From Leucoraja ocellata (lineage: Eukaryota): a DNA stretch of 64,000 nucleotides. The first letter of the stretch is position 1. Every line of letters begins with the position of its first letter. Shown here one piece after another: positions 27,174 to 40,769 of this stretch. The DNA lies in NCBI GenBank assembly GCA_036785375.1, contig JAWMAR010000049.1:5890001-5954000 (forward strand). The letters run 5' to 3'. Under the pieces are notes generated by a model, which saw only the letters and a list, made by a program, of their open reading frames with translations, ran no database searches and was not told the origin of the DNA. The translations under genes were made by a program, and so were the position numbers.

Positions 27174-27416
27174 GTAAGTTATCTTTGCCTTTCAATTCAA
27201 TTTGTCACTAATGCTTTTAGATTTGAATACCTTTGAATTTGTTTACTCTGCTTTTAAATTTGAATCTTGTCAAAGAATTAGCCTAAAATACTGGAATGTT
27301 CAGCAGGCTACACCATACTGTGGAAAGAAGAATAGTTAACATTGAAAAGGCATCAACTTCATTTATTCCTCTTTCCGGTAATATAGGTATTCTGCTGTAT
27401 TTCCTCCATTTTGGTT

Positions 27417-27600
27417 CTATTTCTAACTAGAAATAGTTAGAAATAGACAGGGACCAGGCCTCCCGTTGGGTCCCTGTCACACGGGAGGCCTGGTCCCCCT
27501 ACGCAACCTGTTCCCCCAACGCAATATTCCACCACTCACCCATAGCCCTCACGGGAGGTCTGGTCCCCTAACGCAATATTCCACCACTCACCCGTTCCCC
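27417..27600. repeat. Hairpin-rich GC insertion with internal direct repeats
   Basis: 13-bp and 17-bp perfect inverted repeats; ACGGGAGGYCTGGTCCCC and AACGCAATATTCCACCACTCACCC each occur twice. Confidence 0.6.
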
Positions 27601-27788
27601 AATTTCCAGCATCTGCATTTTAAGATTTATTTGAAGAATTGACCCATTATTTACATTTATTTTCATTTATTTCGATTTTGTGCAATAATTTGATCATCAC
27701 CAGTTTGATCTTTGTACGCATCAGAAGTGCTGAAACCATTTGATTAGGTTAGTAACTGCATATTTTTTTTTTTTTTTTAATGTTATAG

Positions 27789-27906
27789 GTCATTAAAAAT
27801 ACTACAACAAGTGAAGAAGAGCTGGAGTTGTTTCCTCGCTACCTTCTTTTTTTGCGTCAACAACCAGCCACACGCACTCAACAGTCCAACATCTGGGTGA
27901 ATATGG
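27789..27906 (+). CDS. USP32: USP32 exon: VIKNTTTSEEELELFPRYLLFLRQQPATRTQQSNIWVNM (alternative donor extends it to 27942)
   Basis: ttatag / gtatga, 118 nt, phase 0-1. Confidence 0.94.
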
Positions 27907-29821
27907 GTATGATGAGCCTGAGAACATTTCCTCACCATGGAGGTATTGTAAGACTGCAGCAAGAATAGGAGTTGTTGGCTTTCTAGTTGCTTCGTGCCAA
28001 ATCCACCTGTTTTATTTTTAAATTCCGATTGTAGATTATCATTGAGGTTTTCTTAAAACCATCTGGCCAGTTGGGGTCTGTTGGCTCAGGAAAATTGATA
28101 GAAATTAGAAATATTTGGGATGTTCCTGACATCCACCGAATTTGTTTCACTAATTGAACACCACAAAAGTAATTGTCTGACTAAATTTGTGGCATATAAA
28201 CACTTTAACCATTGTAAGCTGCGCAATTTAGTGGGTGCAATCTAATTGAATAATTTAAGTAGAGTTTGTCCAGTTAAAATTGATCAAAATTAAGTTGTGT
28301 ATATAGTGATATAATATAGAACCCTGGGTTCATTTATTTCTTCCAGGTCCTGTGTTGGGCTCAATACTTTATCGGCTCATTTCTTTCCTTGAGTAATGTT
28401 TTTTGGAGAAACCTCAAATGATAACTTTCTGAATCTTAACCCGCAATGTTTTTTAGAAAATTGTTCTTAAATTTATCAATCCACTTTCTTGCTGTAATCT
28501 TACATCTATACCTTCTAATTTATGATTTGATTGATTTTTTTTTCATATGCATTAGCTTTAACCAGTGTTATTCCCTCAGTGTACTTTTTGTGATTTAGAT
28601 GCGCATGAATGCCTCAAAGAAATGATTTAACTATCAATTTTTCTGCAAAGTAAATGTTTATTCTTTGCTATATTCTTTTCAATTAATTAATTTACATTTT
28701 TAATTTTGAAAATGTAGCTGATGAGAAAAAGATAGCCATGCATATATATTTTTTAATTTGTTCGTGATTTTTTTCACTGCCCAATTTCATCATGAACTGT
28801 TTTTTTGCCACCCTATTCTGTAATTATCTTGCCTGATTTTGAGGGATATGCTGTTATGCCTGTAGTGACTTTTAGAAAGAGCTTGTTCTTAATACCGTTT
28901 TCTAATTTGATTGAGATTTGTACCTTTCCACATAAAGAACATGTAAACCCACATTATTTTTGCTATATCATGGAACACATTAATTTACTGGTCCATATTA
29001 CTATTCATTGAGTTACTTTTGACTTCAAGTTCATCAACAATGCTAAAAACAAGCAGTGGGTTTAAAATATACTGATTTTGTTATATTTTCAAACAGAATA
29101 TTCTAATAATTTGCAGATTTATGTAAATGTTTTCAAATATCATAATCCAATTTAAAATGCAGTAATAAAATTTTATGCTTAATTTGTTTTTTCAATAAAA
29201 TCTATCTTGTAGAGACAATAATTCCATGTAATATAATAATGCTTTATTAGCTTTGTTGATTTATAAGCCAATCAGAATCTAGGAGCACCAGAATCAATTG
29301 CTTTTTGGTTGAATTAGAGTTGCTATATTAAATCATTTCTCTACTCAGCCTTTATATGGAAAGGAATCAATATAATGGACATTTAATTTTCAACATATGG
29401 GCGTTTTTATATTTTTGATAGCTAGGAAATGACGAAACATAACCATTAATGCATTGCAGCAAATAGATGGTGGTTATTATGTATCTGCTTGATTACTGAA
29501 TACCTAGTAGGAATGAAAACAAAATAACAATGTATAGATAGTAAATAGACTTGCAGTTCTTCACTTTCAATTAGACTCTTTGAAGTTGAATGGGCATCAA
29601 TAAATTTTAAGCCTGAGGAAGAGGTAGAGCTTACTAGGGCAGTATGTGTGCAGGAAGACTGGCTTTGTCTTCTATATATGCCCATCATGGTACAATAGTA
29701 CAAAACAAAATGTCACATTCATGAAGAAGTCCCAGCACACTCAGGGATGATATGAGCATATTAAATTATTTTATAGCATGATTTGCATACTTGCAACTAA
29801 AAATATTTGTTGTCAACTTAG

Positions 29822-29976
29822 GAAATGTGCCTTCACCATCGTCACCAATGAAACGAGTGCTAGCTTACACGGGCTGCTTTAGCCGAATGCAAACAATAAA
29901 AGATATCCATGAGTACTTATCCCGGCGACTTCGAATAAAGGAGGAAGACATGCGACTGTGGCTGTATAATAGTGAG
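29822..29976 (+). CDS. USP32: USP32 exon, UBL-like: GNVPSPSSPMKRVLAYTGCFSRMQTIKDIHEYLSRRLRIKEEDMRLWLYNSE
   Basis: acttag / gtaaag, 155 nt. Confidence 0.96.
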
Positions 29977-30058
29977 GTAAAGAAATATTTCTCATATTAG
30001 GTCCTTAGGATTGGATTGTTTTGGGATGATCATGTCACATAACAATTTTATTTTGTAG

Positions 30059-30140
30059 AACTACCTTGCACTACTGGATGATGAGGATCACACTTTAGAA
30101 GACTTAAAAATTCTAGATGACCAACACTTGGTGATTGAAG
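30059..30140 (+). CDS. USP32: USP32 exon: NYLALLDDEDHTLEDLKILDDQHLVIE
   Basis: ttgtag / gtaaaa, 82 nt, follows an 82-nt intron. Confidence 0.95.
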
Positions 30141-32589
30141 GTAAAAGCAATGTTTTTCAAAATCAACATGCAGATTATTGAAATTAATTCATAATTGGTA
30201 ATGTAGAGTCCAAATTCATTTTTAATAGAATTTAGTTAAACCACAGTTGACAAACAGATCACTATTCTTATGTTTTCATGGATAAGATGATTTAAAAATG
30301 TGCTCCGTCTAAGACAGAAACATTTCAGCAAGTTACCATTTCCAGAAATTACCGTTTATGATTGATAATAAAACTAGATATTCATGTTTTGCTTACCAGG
30401 GTGCAACAAACTTACTGCAAGCTCACTCCTTCCTTGAAAATTTTGTATCATATTGTCCATGATTGAGTTTACTTGATGAATACAAATAAAAGACTCAGCT
30501 AAAATTCTGAGCTGATTTTTTTTTTTTCATAACTATTTGTATTTTAATGATCCAGCTCAATAAAATGCTTAATAAAATAATGGATATGAGCATTTTATCG
30601 CAAAAGCCATCAGAAATAAATGTAAACTTGATTTTTGTGATGTGACATTTTATGTCCACAGTGTCTTTCAAGGTGATTGTAAACATGACATTCACCATGC
30701 ATTCACTGATCAAGACCATTGCCTTGGGGTAGGGGAGGGAGTTCAAGTCCTTCTGCTTGAGTGGTAAACCAGTTTAGGTCAGATTTTTATAGTAATGATG
30801 CCCCCAAGTGGGTTTTTTTCCCCCAGATATTCATGTTTTGTTTTTTGTTTTATTTGAGATACTACAATAGGTTTCTTTGCAAAGGGTCATTTTTGTTCTC
30901 TGAAGTATTCTTTGTTTTATTTTCAAAAGTGATAGGGTATAACGGCCCTCTAAAATGTAAAGAAACTAAGCCTGATCTCAGTGTTGAATAGATCCTGGTG
31001 TAGAACAACATTGGGTCCAAATGTTACCTTCATTCACTAGTCTTTGGTCTTATTTTGTCATGTCATTTTAACATTCCCTGCATAAATGGGTAACATATTG
31101 GCTGAAGAAAGTTTTAAGAGTTATCTGAATCCGTTGTGTTTCCACCACTTTTTGTGTCCAATTTGCAAAAACTTTCACTTACCCCATGTTTTCTGAGTTG
31201 GGAATACATTTTCAATCACAGGCACACAATATTTTTTTTAAAGTTTATTTCAGTTAGTGTGCTGCTAAAGCTGTCAAAATAACTTTGCAGTTCACAGTAA
31301 AAATTCAAATGCCCAGCAGCCAAGTTTGAAAATATATGTAGTTACTAATTTTGGAAATAAAAGCACAAAAGTCCCTTTAATCCATTTTCTGTCATCATCA
31401 TGGTTGCATGGTATAATAGTGGAGTTATTAACCAATTCTGACAAACCATCTTTCGTCAATTAGTTTCCAAACGATACGACCCGAGATAAGGTAAACCACC
31501 AATGATGGAAGATTTTGAACACCACAGTTCCAAAGTCGTCTTGTAGCCATGTATTATATATTTCACAGGAAGTTAGTGTTAACATTTTGCACTTAACACT
31601 TTTTTGTGCAAAAAGCAAGCAATAACCACCTTACCATCTATAATTGAGATCCTCATTGCCCGTCATCATTTGTACATCTTCATATATTGGAAGAAACTGA
31701 CTTTACATTTAATTTGGAATTATTTCTTTCACAATCGAAAATATTCCATTCCTTAAAGAGCTGGGGGCTATAATAAATCACTTTTCCCCCCTTTAATTGA
31801 TATTTTGTCCAAAAGAATCAATAATCCAATAACTGTAAATGTACTTGAGTTTGTTCTTGGGGTGTGGGTGATACAGAGATTTATTGTCTGTCCATATCTT
31901 ATTGGGGAACAGTACATCTAATTCCAACTTGCTCAGCACATTGTTGCATCTGTACATTTTGGATATATTTAAGAAATTAAAACTACTAATGATTTTATTT
32001 TGGTTCAAGTGCATTGGGGATAGAGTGACATTCATAATGTTTCTTGTTACTCCTGTTAATTTGCAATATTTGAGAAATTTATATAATTTATTTTTTAATT
32101 TAAAATATTATTTTTCAAACTACCAGTATAGCAAATGAAATCCTTTTTTACAAACATAGAACATTATAGATAAGCACCTCCAGCTTTGAAAATACCTATT
32201 TAAACTTTACTGTATCATGTCGTGTATGTTAGTAGAAGTCTGTTCAAGTCTATATATCCCAGCACAGTGCATTCCTAATTTCAGGCTCGTTAGGCATTCA
32301 TTGATGGCAGGGCACTTCCCCACATGAGGTATGAAAGAATTTAGAGGATCAGTTATTCTAGGATTTTTAATTCTTCCTCTCCAGCAGTCAGTTAAACATC
32401 AAAAAGTAAGAAACATGAACTGAGTTAATCCTCCATTTATGATGTGATTGGTTAGACTTTAGAAGAGAGATTAAAAATGAATTGCAAAATACAAATTTAA
32501 ACTACTTTGTCAAAAGAGACTTTCCAGTTACCTAAGTGCAAACATTGTTACGGTAATATCAGCCTGATATCCTGCATTTCTTATAATAG

Positions 32590-32664
32590 TTCGCAACAAA
32601 GATATGAGTTGGCCGGAGGAGATGTCATTCATTGCAAACAGTAGCAAAATGGACAGACACAAGG
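32590..32664 (+). CDS. USP32: USP32 exon: VRNKDMSWPEEMSFIANSSKMDRHK
   Basis: taatag / gtaggt, 75 nt. Confidence 0.95.
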
Positions 32665-34437
32665 GTAGGTACAAACATAGAACTTAAGTATAGGTGAACG
32701 ATTCATTCCACATTGTGGGGTCATTGAGCAAATTGGAGGTAATTTTAACGGTTCCACATATTTATTGAAATCACTTGAATATCAGCAAATTTATTGCATA
32801 TCTAATATTTTGGCAAATGAAAGCCACCACTAAAATGGAAAATATATTTACATTAAATATTTCAGATATGTGCACAAGATGAATTGAATGATGCACTTCA
32901 AAATGCTTGTGAATGCCTCCTTAATCCTTCCTTATATGTGAAATTATTTCTTATTGCATTTGTATATTTGATTAAAATATTCTAAATATGGAATGGTGTA
33001 AATTTCCATTAAACCTGCCGTTGCTATTGGCCCCACAATTATATTTTTTTCTTCACTAATATTTATTCTAACATGTAGGAGGTTGTAGCTCAGTGAGGAT
33101 GGGTTCATAGATGGGGGGAAATCTCCTGTTTGGTTGGATTGGGAAACATGTACAACTCAAGTTCATCACGTGTAAAGCTTATACCCTCATTTCTCTGGAA
33201 AACAGGTATATATTTTTTCTTAACATACAAAAGAGCCATAATTCACAGCTTTCTCAAGAACATGAGTTCAGAAGGATTTTCTTGGTCATTATCAAACTGA
33301 TGATGTTTGGGTTTCTTGAAACTTTTGGGGAATATTGTTCAGTGTGCAACTATGCTGTGAAGCCAAATATATTCTTTCTGTTTATTTTTGCATTTCTTCA
33401 TCTTATCAATTATGCATCTTTAGACAAACAAGTTAACAAATTGACCCCCCTCTCCACCCACAACTCTACCATGCATTCAGTCTTTCTTCAAGAAGGGTCC
33501 CCGTGGGATTGCTGACAGAGTGCCATTTCATTGGCATAACATTACATTATAAAAAACATATTCTTAAGAATGACAATGGGAGAATTTAAAGCCAATCTTA
33601 AGTGACATTGAAGGGAATGATCCTGAACTGCATTGCAGTGGTGAATGTACTGCCGCAGTGCTATTATGCAGGATGTTGTAGCATTTTGATCCGATGATAA
33701 AGGAATTGCAATTTATTTCCAAGTGAGAATGGTGTCTGATTCGGGGAAATTGCAGGCAGTGACATTTCCATACCTCAGCTGCTTGAAGGTGATGAGTGTG
33801 GTGGGGTTTGAAGGGTTAGAATTAAACAAGTTACTTTTGTGTCTTCCATGGAATAACCAAACTGCATCAGTGCTGTGCTGCTGTTGGTGGAAATGAATGT
33901 TCTGAATGGTAGCTGGGGTATCAATCAGATTGACCTTGATAACACTAGTGCCATTGGAGCTGCAGTAATCCAGGCAATTTCTCTCATTCCTGAAAGGTTT
34001 TAGATGATTAAAGATGATCCTTCACAAAATGCCCAACTGATCTTGGCTTAAAGGTACAACATTTGTGGTTGGTTGAGTTAAGTTTGTGGCCTCTAATGCT
34101 CTCCTCAACACCCCCCCCCCCCCCCACCCCACCCCCCTCCTCCACCTCTCACCTTAACATGTTAATGGTGAGAATTTTGATAACAATCTCACGTGGGATG
34201 AGAAGTTCAACTCTATTTTGTTGTAGATGGTGGTTACCATGGAGTTTTTGTGTGGTACTGTGGCTTGCATTTAACCAGGTTTCATTGCCTGTGGATGGAA
34301 CTGAATGGTGTAGATGTCAACAAGCGTCTTTACTTGGAATTTTATGATGGACTAAAATTATGAAAGAACTGAAGATGGTTAGTTCTGGGACACTTTCCCA
34401 AGCAGTTTCAGTCATTATTCCAGGAGTTCAATTAATA

Positions 34438-35180
34438 TAACCATATAACCATATAACAATTTACAGCACGGAAACAGGCCATCTCAACCCTTCTAGTCCA
34501 TGCCGAACACATAATCTCCCCTAGTCCCATATACCTGCGCTCAGACCATAACCCACCATTCCCTTCCCATCCATATAACTATCCAATTTATTTTTAAATG
34601 ATAAAAACAAACCTGCCTCCACCACCTTCACTGGAAGCTCATTCCACACAGCTACCACTCTCTGAGTAAAGAAGTTCCCCCTCATGTTACCCCTAAACTT
34701 CAGTTCCTTAATTCTCATGTCATGTCCCCTTGTTTGAATCTTCCCTACTCTCAGTGGGAAAAGCTTTTCCACGTCAACTCTGTCTATCCCTCTCATCATT
34801 TTAAAAAACTCTATCAAGTCCCCCCCTTAACCTTCTGCGCTCCAAAGAATAAAGCCCTAACTTGTTCAACCTTTCTCTGTAACTTAGTTGCTGAAACCCA
34901 GGCAACATTCTAGTAAATCTCCTCTGTACTCTCTCTATTTTGTTGATATCCTTCCTATAATTAGGCGACCAAAATTGTACACCATACTCCTGAATTGGCC
35001 TCACCAATGCCTTGTACAATTTTAACATTACATCCCAACTTCTATACTCAATGCTCTGATTTATAAAGGCCAGCACACCAAAAGCTTTCTTTACCACCCT
35101 ATCTACATGAGATTCCACTTTCAGGGAACTGTGCACAGTTATTCCCAGATCCCTCTGTTCACCTACATTCTTCAATTCCC
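34438..35180 (-). mobile_element. Relatively young CR1-like LINE 3' fragment
   Basis: ORF2 peptides RDLGITVHSSLK...QFWSPNYRKDINKIERVQRRFTRM...LERRRLRG and FFTQRVVAVWNELP, separated by one frameshift; intact (AACCATAT)n tail. Confidence 0.93.
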
Positions 35181-36489
35181 TTTACCATGTAATTGGCCAT
35201 CATCAATCATAACCATCTTCCATACATATATTGCCCCTTGATTCCTTCTCATTTTAATTTTGCCAGAGCATCTGAATGTGACACACAGTCAAATGCTGCC
35301 TTGATATCAAAGGATGTCACTCTGACCTTGTCTATTTGCATCAAGGCTGTAATTTGATGATTTTAGTGATGAAAGCCAAATTGAGCATTAGTGAGCAGGT
35401 TAGTGGTGAATAAATGGGGATTAATGGCATTGTCAACGACACTTTCCATCACTTTGATTAAGAGTAGACGTATTAGGCTGTAATTGCTGGATTAGATTTG
35501 TCCTGGGACACCTGGGCAATTCTGTACATTGACACTGGAATAGGTTGCAGATCCAGCTCTCTATAGTCAATGCATAGCTGCAGCACCAAAGTCAGCACCT
35601 TGTTGGGATTCATAATCTTATCCACAACCTGACTATTTCTTGTTATCAGGTCGATAGAATCAAGTTAGTGATGACTAACTTTAATGAAGGTTCTGACAAC
35701 TAAAGCAGGGGGTAAGGTGGATCATCCAATTGGCATGTCTGTCTGAAGATAATTGAATTTGCTTCGGTCTCCTCCACTCTGCCTTCACTGGGCTTGGAGT
35801 TGTCCACCTTTTCCAGTTAGCTGTTTCATTGTTCATTGCATTAGAATTGAATATGGTTCAACTGCAAAGCATTGAATTATTCATAATGCAAACTGTCTTG
35901 CTGTTTGAGGCCCAGTCACTTCATGATTCCAGCTTTGAATCAGTAGGTCTGTCTTGAATATATCATTTAAAAGGTGTGCTTGGTGTAAGGGCAGTGCTGC
36001 TCCTCCATATGTACCATGTGGTGATCATTCTCACCTTTATGGACCATGGCATCAGTGAAGTGTAGATTGACACGGTCAAGTCAAGTAGATTTTCCCTTCA
36101 TTAGTTCTCCCTCCAGCAGTTGCATATTGAATATTGCAAGCTCATCATTCAGAATTGGACTGGCTCAATCAATGTTAAACTCCTCCCATTATTACTCAAC
36201 ATGCATATGTACCCATTCATGACTTGTAGGAGGGCAGTATAATTTTGTTGCCACTTACATTGAACCTACCACAGGAATTGGGATGTACCCACACTTCGTG
36301 ATGGAGAGGTCTTGTGCATGCATTTGCAATTCTTCAAATAATTAGCAGTACATTGGGAGAAAGATATTAAATGTGCCATTGTTTATTTGTGATAATTTCC
36401 TGATTGGCTTTGTTTTATTCCTGCTTTTCTTGTTTCAACCAGCTTCATAAATTCCATCATAATTAGGCTCAATAATATTTTCATTCTAG

Positions 36490-36628
36490 TTCCAACTGAA
36501 AAAGGTGCCACAGGGCTAAGTAACCTGGGAAACACGTGTTTTATGAATTCCAGCATCCAGTGTGTCAGTAACACACAGCCACTTACCCGGTACTTCATCT
36601 CAGGGAGACATCTTTACGAACTCAACAG
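36490..36628 (+). CDS. USP32: USP32 exon, Cys box: [46 protein letters not shown]
   Basis: ttctag / gtaaga, 139 nt; catalytic Cys codon TGT at 36537-36539. Confidence 0.98.
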
Positions 36629-37430
36629 GTAAGAAAATTGAAACCCTATTTGCTGATATGACATTTTGTAGATATCTTTTCCCTTCGTTTCAATTTCAAA
36701 ATTATTTTGATCTCTACTTTTGATTAATACACCAAAATAAGAATATTAATATAATGCCAAGGTACTTTTAATCCCAGTTGTCCCAAAATTGTACAAGATT
36801 TGGATCCACACCCAGATTGAATTCATTCCTTGTTTACCTCATTATAAAATGAAACTGTTCTGATACGCAAAGCATTTTTAATTTTACTGAACTTATAGTG
36901 GGAACACTTAAAAGTGGGAATAATTTGCATTTACTAGATGAAAAACTACTTTTGAACAAATTGATTTTAATTCTCATATATAAAAAATATTTAATTAACA
37001 GCAACTTCTGTGTAATAGAAAAATATGTAACTACATATTGAATATGCAGTCATTATAATTAATATGTGGCTTCTACTTAGTGTTATTCAGAGTGACTTAA
37101 ATGCATATCATGATTTGGCAATGCGATAGGATTTTGTTTGTATTCAATCACTTCATTTTGTAATTATGCTGTCATTTGACTACTTTTGCCACTCAGCTTA
37201 TTTCAGAATCTGCTGGAGTTGTGATTAACTGTATGAACATTTTATCTGTGTGGCTACTGTCCATCAACAAATGTTCTGCACTTTCATTGCATTATCTGTT
37301 TTGGTTTGAACTTGGTTAAATATAAATATTGGTCGTCATTATTTTGAGGCAATGGTGATCTCAGTAACTCTTTTTGGATGAGATCTGTCGATTATATTTT
37401 TGAGTACTGATTAATTGCTGAAAGTAATAC

Positions 37431-37572
37431 TGGAGAGAAGGAATGGGTGATGTTTCGGGTTGAGACCCCCCCCCCACCCCATTCCTTATCTCCGCTGCCT
37501 GTCTCTCTGAGTTACTCCAGCATTTTGTGACTACTTTCGATTTAAACCAGCATCTGCAGTTCTTTCGTACAC
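37431..37572. mobile_element. Penelope-like inverted-arm element with perfect 14-bp TSD
   Basis: GCTGAAAGTAATAC at 37417-37430 and 37573-37586. Confidence 0.8.
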
Positions 37573-38074
37573 GCTGAAAGTAATACGACAGGATTCTATT
37601 TATAGATCATTTATATTAGATTTAGTCTTGTGCCATTAATTCAAAACAACATTATTCATGGACATACACATTAAACTGTCACAATGATCAACAGTGCCAT
37701 ATTGATGACTTTCAATACCACTTAAATATTCCTAATTTTAATATTCCACATATGCCAGAATAAAGCTGTTTGCTCAGTATGAAAATCTTAAGGATTCATT
37801 TGTTCCAAAGACAATGCCAGCCACCTGGTTTTCTTTTGCCATAACAAATCATGCCCAAAGCTGATTTTCAACTGTTATATTATTATTACAAAGATCTAGC
37901 TAATTTTCCTTCGGAATTAGAAAAAATGATGAAAGGCTTATTACTCAGCTATATGATTCATAGTTATACAGCGCAGAAACTGGCCCTTTTGGCCAACCAG
38001 CCCATAACAACCAAAAATGTCCTATTTATACTCACGTTTGGCCTAAATCCTTCTAACACGTTGCTATCGATGAA

Positions 38075-38378
38075 CAGTGCCCTCCATAATGTTTGTTTCT
38101 TTATTTGCATCTTTACTACACAATTTGAAATTTGTAATAGAAAAAAATCACATGTGGTTACAGTGCACATTATCAGATTTTAATAAAGGCCATTTTTATA
38201 CATTTTGATTTCACCATATAGAAATTACAGCAGTGTTTATACACAGTCCCCCCATTTCTGGGCACCATAATGTATGGGACACAGCAATGTCATGTAAATG
38301 AAAGTAGTCATGTTTAGCATTTTGTTGCATATCCTTTGCAAGCAATGACTGCTTGAAATCTGTGATTCATGGACATCA
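38075..38378 (+). mobile_element. Tc1/mariner-like terminal (IR/DR) fragment
   Basis: Starts CAGTGCCCTCCATAATGTTTG; inner repeat CACCATAATGTATGGGAC; homologous to 2265-2712. Confidence 0.7.
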
Positions 38379-38754
38379 TTGGTTACATTATATTCATGTT
38401 TCTTGATTAATGTTATGGAATTCAAACATTAAAGTCAGTAAATGACCTTGATGTTTCTTTAAAAAGTACATGATATTCATATTGAAGGAAATATTGGATG
38501 CTGACAGTATGCCAAAATTAAATTTGAACAAAATGTATGCCCATTTGAACTACCTTATGTATACCCAACAGGAATAAAACAATGTTATGTCAACTAAAAA
38601 TGAATAGTTGTCACTAAAATAACAAATGACCCCTGTCTTTTAGTTGTATGCCCATACAGAGTGTAATATGTTCATGGCATAGAGAACAGATAGCCTTGTT
38701 TAGTTTGCACCAACTAAGACTGGTTATAACCTATTCTTATAATTTGTTATAACC

Positions 38755-39192
38755 ATCACGGGTGCTGACCTCCCCACCGTCGAGGGGATCTATAGGAGGC
38801 ACTGCCTCAAAAAGGCAGCCAGCATCATCAAGAACCCACACCATCCTGGTCAAGCTCTCGTTTCACCCCTGCCATCGGGAAGAAGGTACAGGAGTCGGAA
38901 AACTGTTACATCCAGGTTCAGGAACGGCTTCTTCACAATAACTGTCCGGCTATTAAACACTATGAACTCCACCTACACTTTGAACTAAGAATTTCCTGGG
39001 TTGCAGTCGGGGCTTTGTTTTTTTTTGTTTTTTGCACCATGTTTTTTTTTAATTGAACTTACTTTCTTTTTATTTGTTATATTTATATTACCTGTTGAGT
39101 ACTGTGTTTACAACCTGTTGTACTGCTGCAAGTAAGAATTTCATTATTATGTTTCGGGACATAAGACAATAAAACACTCTTAACTTTTGACT
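38755..39192 (+). mobile_element. Rex1/Babar-like LINE 3' end
   Basis: Translates ITGADLPTVEGIYRRHCLKKAASIIKNPHHPG..LPSGRRYRS..TSRFRNGFF; tail GACAATAAAACACTCTT. Confidence 0.8.
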
Positions 39193-39226
39193 ATAAGTAA
39201 CTTTCTGTATGTGTGATTTAATACAG

Positions 39227-39332
39227 GGCTAACCCATTAGGAATGAAGGGTCATATGGCTAAGTGCTATGGAGATCTTATCCAAGAGTTGTGGAGTGGAA
39301 CTCAGAAGAATATAGCACCACTTAAACTCAGG
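39227..39332 (+). CDS. USP32: USP32 exon: RANPLGMKGHMAKCYGDLIQELWSGTQKNIAPLKLR
   Basis: atacag / gtaggg, 106 nt. Confidence 0.96.
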
Positions 39333-39748
39333 GTAGGGCATATAGTAATATAAAATATTTACTAGAATAAACCCATTTATGTTAGTAATTAAATCAGTAT
39401 ATATTGAATTTAATGTGTTTATATTGGCAAATTTATTATATTGTGGAATTGTGAAAATTAGAAAAAATGATTTTTAACGTGTTTGCAGTTATTCCTCACG
39501 GTTTTAAATATTTTTATTACATAATCCTGTACAGTCCAATATTGTGAAAAATCGAGAACCGATTTCTAATTAACAGATTTGACATTACAAACCAGAAAAA
39601 AATAATGTTCAAATGGAAAGCTTTAATGCTTAGGGACATTTGTGGAGGGATGGCGATGGAAAGGAAGAGAGGACAATATGAAATAATAATATCAATGACA
39701 CTTTGCTTGCTCTTTGCCAACATTACATTTTATTTTGTTTTATTTTAG

Positions 39749-39952
<204 letters not shown>

Positions 39953-40769
39953 TAATCAAAGTATATCCCTGGTGAATATGATGTCTTACGAATCTTTTGA
40001 ATTTGGGTGTTTGTATTACTAAACTGATGATTGCGGGTTTGATTTGCCGTAAATTGATAAGTCTGTCTATTTTTAAATGGGTGATTTCAAAACTTGATTA
40101 TTTCCCACTTTTCTGATCATCAGAAAGCCTTTTGCAATTTGTTTCTTTCCCATCTAATCAAATAGTCAAGAGAAAAATAGAAAAAAGTGCATCTTTTCCT
40201 TTGAAAATACTGAGAAATTCTTCAGCAATATCGTAATGATGTGTTCTGCTAGAAAGTATATGTTGTCACGTGCATCACAGAAATTAATGTGGGTGAAGAT
40301 TGGAAATGGAGTTAGACCATATTTTAATTTGAAGTATTCCAGTTTATTGCACAGAAATAATTGCAGTAAGAACTACTGGAACCCTGCTCAGAAATCAAAC
40401 TGCACATTTAATTGTGTGAAACATTATGAATTATGAACTATAATTCCAGGTTTCTTGCTGTGTATAATCAGCAGGCATTTTTTTAATTGCTTATTCTGAT
40501 AATTAATATGACTTTGGCAGGTTTTCAATCATTCAAAACCTAAATAAAAAAAGTCTCAGTGAAATATTCATGGTAATGTATCCTTTTTGAGATTCAGATG
40601 TACTGTTAGCAAATTTGATTTTTCTGAGTTTTGCTTTGCAAAGAAAAATGATGAATATTTTAATGCATATTGTGTACTTTAAGGCTGAGTGTTTTAAAAG
40701 CCACACAAGATACCTGCTATCTCATTGCCAATGGTAAACAATGCCCTCTCATTTTTCTTGCCCTTTTAG

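Noticed and set aside
34521-35175. Two RT-like ORFs as a separate gene
   Set aside because: They are a 5'-truncated, frameshifted CR1 ORF2 remnant.
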